Shown here piece by piece: positions 51,201 through 54,792 of a stretch of 54,792 bases of DNA; the stretch's first letter is position 1; the number at the start of each line of letters is the position of its first letter. Source of the DNA: Bacteroidia bacterium (GTDB lineage: Bacteria; Bacteroidota; Bacteroidia; AKYH767-A; OLB10); assembly GCA_046330075.1 (NCBI GenBank), contig JAXLTL010000015.1, forward strand, positions 1 to 54,792, given 5' to 3'. The notes under the pieces were generated by a model that searched no databases, was not told where the DNA came from, and saw only the letters and a list, made by a program, of their open reading frames with translations. The position numbers and the translations under genes are program-made.

Positions 51201-51262
51201 AGACATATCAAAAGCCGAAATCTAACTTTTTCCATCAAATACATGCAGATAAACAAACCCAT
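48221..51262 (-). CDS. Large T9SS-secreted protein (beta-propeller-like N-terminal repeats, Ca-binding Asp-rich segment, CTD)
   Basis: Signal peptide (start probably MEKVRFRLLICLLVVVFTGKDTFAQ). GDGIDNNHNRVIDEANEDLG Asp-rich loop. CTD LYPNPTRSVLQLE...GIYVMEMISSTGEALVRKMFVKY. Confidence 0.8.
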   Translation of the reverse strand: MGLFICMYLMEKVRFRLLICLLVVVFTGKDTFAQLPVDSIDLPTGYGPVINSMIDLEADTSGNIWASFSSIGVLHYDGTSWQNFTKSNTGNMLPTDSVYAMHLEKNGTLWMLTRYGITRKDASGFSFFPTDSTFLLPVSFSSDITVARGQVFISSRTGVFVYDLNADIWQQVRRSNSPLPSDTVNSLFTDPSDNVWVATINGFASWTASGITPYTFNVPYSFGMVSSIAVTAYDTLIAGYSTVYKMTGNSFMNLDSIFSRKYVADEWCDSLSFGYVEAKPLVYYTQGTRLSVAPNNDVYIARGAQPNFLMVIKPGNVVRTETLPRFEQFYLRFAPYKNDSLIYYLIGTQKIRKVPADISYQYSDPPDSFNMVFPATFEYSIPESYKSNGGQADLAPNMISTRILNRGDLGWDPVSQYPYYNVPRYSDVSSIYCSAIWLGGYDQLGNLYAAAQTYRQNGLGDFQPGPLDTLGRADSIALAFFDNIWVTRRTDIDAFRYQYAIGNVQNGSFQISPYILNWPAFYNNAAYPQKLAPFIDFNGDGLYNPYDGDFPDVKGEQMSWCVYNDDPVWKTETHSSPMFTEIHASAYGYYCPSSQDALSRLIAYTTFYHYDLYNRSDRTYDSCYFGIWSEIDLGNAADDYVGCNVTNNTFYAYNADSLDDGLGGSGFGLCTPVQNFTFLKCPLAIAGDGIDNNHNRVIDEANEDLGMSGFMDYIGTNLVFCYDPAHTQDFYKYLTAHWVDGRPITYGGDGVGGLMGGTGWTNTPTTYMFPDTTDPAFSVPWTMGTGNLFPTDVHGLGSVGPFTWPPDSVVSFDVAYITGPNDLAQNHVLVGQLRELFRSGGIEKYRKFSPPIIGEDSVANVGTIVTYVMPTSADNYIWTVTNGLIVSGQGTNTVEVTWGTAGTGTITAEAFDTGAPCERMQTMDVVVGPPQADPCDGERTVRLYPNPTRSVLQLESVCDTIAEIKVWSMSGQLMEVRPFNGNYNATWLSTGIYVMEMISSTGEALVRKMFVKY

Positions 51263-51320
51263 GAGGACTTATCTGCTAAGATAGGAAAACCCGGAGATCT
51301 TAACTCTGTAAACTTGAATT

Positions 51321-54300
51321 TTATTGTCTCACAAACATCTTCCGTACCAGCACAACGCCTCTTTCATCCTTTAGTTCGAGAAAATACATTCCGGGAGCCA
51401 ATGTAGAAACATCACAGGTACCCTCAAACGCTTTTTGCAACAGTAATTGTCCGGTGGAAGACCGAATCGAGTACGTGGTAATATGCGCATCGGCTGTCTC
51501 AATCTGCAGCTGATGACGCGTTGGGTTTGGGTAGATACGGGCAGTGATTTCATTGGCAACCTGTCCGAAGCCTTGCGAACCAATCGTTACGGTTAACCGC
51601 TGATGCATACCACATGGATTTGCAGGATCCAGCACTTCTACCATCACTTCACCGGCGCCACCAGCTCCCCAGCTGACCGTAATTTCATTCGTACCCTGAC
51701 CGGAAAGAATTAAGCCATTGGTAACCGTCCAGAGATATTGGGCAACAGCACTTTGATACGGAAGCAAATAATTAACGCTGCTACCTGAAGTGGTGATCTG
51801 CGCCGGTCCTTGTATAGCAGGTAACGAACTATGAAAACTATTCAGAATTCCATTACGGAATGCATTCCTGAGTTGGCGGACCAGTTCATGGTTCTGCACC
51901 AGATCGTTTGGACCGGTAACATATGCCACATCAAAACTTTTGAAAGAACCTGCAGGAAGATCAAAAGGACCAAATGATCCAACGCCCCGCATATCATCCG
52001 GCTGAATTTGTGCGCCCTGCATGGTCCACGGAGCAGAAAAATTCAGGTCAGACGTATCCGGGAACATAAACTTAGTTGGCACATTGGTAGCTCCTATACC
52101 GCCGCCTCTTCCATCACCGCCGTAAGTAAATGGATAACCATCTAACCAGGAACCACTGAGGTATTGATAGTAATCATCAGTCATAAACGGGTTGCCAGTT
52201 GGCATATTATTCACGTTTACATAGAAAGTAAAACCGGACAAACCCAACTCTTCATTTGCTTCATCTACCAATCCATTGTGATCGTTATCCAAACCATCAG
52301 TAAGCGGAGCTTCGGGGCCTTTAAGAAAGGACACACTTTGTGAAGGCGGGCATACACCATATCCTCCACCACCATCATCATCGGTATCACCGTTATAGAC
52401 GAAGAACGAATTGGCTGATAGATTACTACCCACATAATCATCCGAGGCATTTCCCAGATCAAAGTCACTCCATACTCCGAAATAGCATGAATCAAAATCC
52501 AGACTACCTCGGTTGTATACATCAAAATGATAAAAGGTAGTATAGGACAAGATTCTTCCCAATACATCAGGAGCATCCATACAATTAGCTGCATAAGCAC
52601 TCGCATTTACTTCTACATGCATAGATGGAGAGTTGGTTTGGGTTTTGTTTCTATTGTCATTGAACACCCACCATGCCATCTGATCTCCCCTGATATCCGG
52701 ATAATCTCCTGCATAAGGGTCATATACATCATCTGCATTCACATCAACGAATGGCGCCAGCTTTTGCGGATAGGCGGGATAGTTATAATACGCCGGCCAG
52801 TCGAGAATGTATTGCGGGACCGGATATGTTCCATTGGTTACATTTCTCACGGCAAACTGATACCTGAATTCGTCAATATCTGATTTTCGAGTCATCCAGA
52901 GATGATCAAACAATGCCGTAGTAACACTATCTGTATTACCTGCTGTATCCAAGGGGCCCGGCTGAAAGTCCTGAGAACTATTCTGACGATAAGCCATTGC
53001 CGCTGTGTAGAGATTTCCGCCCTGATCATAGCCTCCAAGCCATATTGATCCTGCATATACTGTATTTTTTCCTGAACCACGGGGAACATTGTATAATGGC
53101 GTTTGTGAAATAGGGTTCCATCCCCAGTCTCCACAATTCAACACTGTTGAAGTAATCATGTTTCCCTGCAAGGTTTCGATTGGACTTCCTTTGTAAGATG
53201 GCGGAATTTCAAAATCAACCTGGTAAGGAGCAAGAAAACTAGTTTGCGGACTGCAGACCATATAATTTCCCAAATCCGGAGATTCAACGATGCGCAGAAA
53301 TGTAGAAGCCATACCTCCACCAATCAGAATAGAGTCGGATTTATAAAAGTCGGCAACGGTGTATAAATAATTATCGCTGTAAGCCCAGGAATAATTAAAG
53401 CTCTTGTTCGCTTTAACAACAAAGACGCCAATATTGGGATATTGATATCTAAGCATGAGCACGTCATTGTCTGAATTCACCACCAGTCCGGTGATAAAAT
53501 CAAAACTTCGACCATGCCACTCAAGCTCACCAAAGGATAATGAATCACACCATAAATCTGCTTCCGGGTATCCAATATAAACAGAGTCAAGGTTCAGCCA
53601 ATTGATACCACTTTTCCTGTACAAATGATCATTCCCCAACGCTACCAGTGTATCATGAGCGGTTACAGCCATCGACAATACTTCATTATGGGAAAATCCG
53701 TTTCCAGGTGGTGTAAAAGCAACAATATTATTCTGATTGTACTTTGCGTAGCCGAATTTTGTACTAATCCATACAGGGCCTGCCGGTTCTGCGAACAAAG
53801 AATTAATGGTGTCATTTGGCAATGCAGAATTTTGTGTGTTATAGAATTGCCATACCGATGTCAAGGTATCCAGTACATTCAACCCATGCCTTGTAGACAT
53901 TAGTATTTTTCCCTGCGATTCCACGAGGTCAGTTATTGGATCCGAACTATAATTGTATGGAACTGTAAAAAAGTAATTTTTAAATCCATTCGCATCCATT
54001 CTTGTTAAACTCATCGAATTCGCCATCCAGACAGCACCGGAGCTGTCCAGACATAATTTATGTACCTGACCGGATGGCAATTGATTAGAAGTACTTAGCG
54101 GGTCGTAATTTACCCATACACTTCCATTGTAGTGTAATACCCCTAAGGATACAAAAGAAATCCAGATCTCACCATTCGGCCGGGCTATCATATCTGTGCG
54201 CAGACGTAATAAGCTGGGCAGATAACCACCAGGGAGTTGCAGCGTATCGGTCTGAATCTGTGCTACAGATACAGAGGACACCAATACTGTAAGAACAACA

Positions 54301-54344
54301 AACCAGCAACGACACAGGAATTTACGTTTAGAAACCGTTTTCAT
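51321..54344 (-). CDS. Large T9SS-secreted protein, tandem paralog of 48221..51262
   Basis: Collinear similarity (SIGVLHYDG/SLGVLHYNG; GGYDQLGNLY/GGYDQGGNLY; DGLDNDHNGLVDEANEELG). CTD IYPNPTRHQLQIE...GMYFLELKDERGVVLVRKMFVRQ. Confidence 0.8.
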   Translation of the reverse strand: MKTVSKRKFLCRCWFVVLTVLVSSVSVAQIQTDTLQLPGGYLPSLLRLRTDMIARPNGEIWISFVSLGVLHYNGSVWVNYDPLSTSNQLPSGQVHKLCLDSSGAVWMANSMSLTRMDANGFKNYFFTVPYNYSSDPITDLVESQGKILMSTRHGLNVLDTLTSVWQFYNTQNSALPNDTINSLFAEPAGPVWISTKFGYAKYNQNNIVAFTPPGNGFSHNEVLSMAVTAHDTLVALGNDHLYRKSGINWLNLDSVYIGYPEADLWCDSLSFGELEWHGRSFDFITGLVVNSDNDVLMLRYQYPNIGVFVVKANKSFNYSWAYSDNYLYTVADFYKSDSILIGGGMASTFLRIVESPDLGNYMVCSPQTSFLAPYQVDFEIPPSYKGSPIETLQGNMITSTVLNCGDWGWNPISQTPLYNVPRGSGKNTVYAGSIWLGGYDQGGNLYTAAMAYRQNSSQDFQPGPLDTAGNTDSVTTALFDHLWMTRKSDIDEFRYQFAVRNVTNGTYPVPQYILDWPAYYNYPAYPQKLAPFVDVNADDVYDPYAGDYPDIRGDQMAWWVFNDNRNKTQTNSPSMHVEVNASAYAANCMDAPDVLGRILSYTTFYHFDVYNRGSLDFDSCYFGVWSDFDLGNASDDYVGSNLSANSFFVYNGDTDDDGGGGYGVCPPSQSVSFLKGPEAPLTDGLDNDHNGLVDEANEELGLSGFTFYVNVNNMPTGNPFMTDDYYQYLSGSWLDGYPFTYGGDGRGGGIGATNVPTKFMFPDTSDLNFSAPWTMQGAQIQPDDMRGVGSFGPFDLPAGSFKSFDVAYVTGPNDLVQNHELVRQLRNAFRNGILNSFHSSLPAIQGPAQITTSGSSVNYLLPYQSAVAQYLWTVTNGLILSGQGTNEITVSWGAGGAGEVMVEVLDPANPCGMHQRLTVTIGSQGFGQVANEITARIYPNPTRHQLQIETADAHITTYSIRSSTGQLLLQKAFEGTCDVSTLAPGMYFLELKDERGVVLVRKMFVRQ

Positions 54345-54704
54345 AGGAGTTCATATTAAAGGCAAGATGTTTACACGACTGAACAAGATGTTCATTGAGT
54401 TGAGCATTTTGTACAGAATATTATTTACGGCAATCATTTACTTTGACAAAAGCCATCACCTAATCGTTGCCTCCCTGCTTTAAAAATGTTCATTTTTTCA
54501 CAAAAGACCTAAGAAGTGTAAAATCGGAATGCCATAATTCATAAAGTATACTGCGAAAGCTGAATTCTCAAATGCTGCAGCTGATCAAAATAGAATCTGG
54601 CTCTTTAATCTCAAACAAACCCCATTTCTCCCTATAAAACGCGCCCTTTCAGGATGCACCTATTTTCTTACCTTTGTAGTCCATTTCCCCCATCATGTCA
54701 CATC

Positions 54705-54792
54705 ATCTTACCGAACAGGAAATCATTCGTCGCCAGAGCCTTGAACAGCTTTATCAGCTGGGAATCAACCCGTACCCGGCTGAACTTTATCC
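54705..54792 (+). CDS. lysS: Lysine--tRNA ligase, 5' end only (runs off the window)
   Basis: MSHHLTEQEIIRRQSLEQLYQLGINPYPAELY matches the conserved LysS N-terminus (SEQEIIRR..L..LGINPYP). Confidence 0.7.
   Translation, partial: MLPNRKSFVARALNSFISWESTRTRLNFI

Overview
This 54.8-kb window looks like Bacteroidota chromosome. It has a 287-aa RpoD of the Bacteroidetes sigma-A type, rpoN, and many proteins ending in the type IX secretion (T9SS) C-terminal sorting domain. GC is moderate. Housekeeping genes present are rpoD, rpoN, asnS, dxs, purN, rnc-fabF-acpP and the 5' end of lysS. There are about 45 genes and no rRNA, tRNA or CRISPR. The accessory content is dense and is listed below.
- Nine T9SS-CTD secreted proteins, including a 2429-aa adhesin with beta-helix and SprB-type repeats, and two tandem ~1000-aa paralogs.
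- A near-identical ~730-bp segment (end of the adhesin CTD plus start of the next gene) duplicated at the left edge of the window.
- A tightly packed six-gene phosphorelay operon with no DNA-binding output: TPR sensor kinase, stand-alone receiver, secreted protein, REC-HisKA-HATPase-REC hybrid kinase, Hpt protein, and a receiver fused to a C-terminal transmembrane helix.
- An unusual repeat-rich region after that operon: 2x25-bp direct repeats, a ~25-bp-stem hairpin, 6.75 copies of a 20-bp tandem repeat, then two copies of a perfect 7-5-7 palindrome.
- A free-standing HNH/NUMOD4 homing-endonuclease-like gene next to acpP.
- A 2.8-kb two-gene T9SS-cargo islet flanked by 175-bp direct repeats that duplicate the purN 3' end and the purN-dxs terminator region. 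One cargo gene is broken by two homopolymer frameshifts (C7 on the plus strand, G7 in the coding sense; and A5 on the plus strand).
- A RAYT (IS200-like Y1 transposase) with an adjacent REP inverted doublet and a G9 tract immediately after the rpoN stop.
- Other long G/C homopolymers, including a G5-TT-G9...G5 block in the adhesin-operon promoter region.
- A flotillin (SPFH) / small membrane protein / TonB-dependent receptor cluster, plus permeases.
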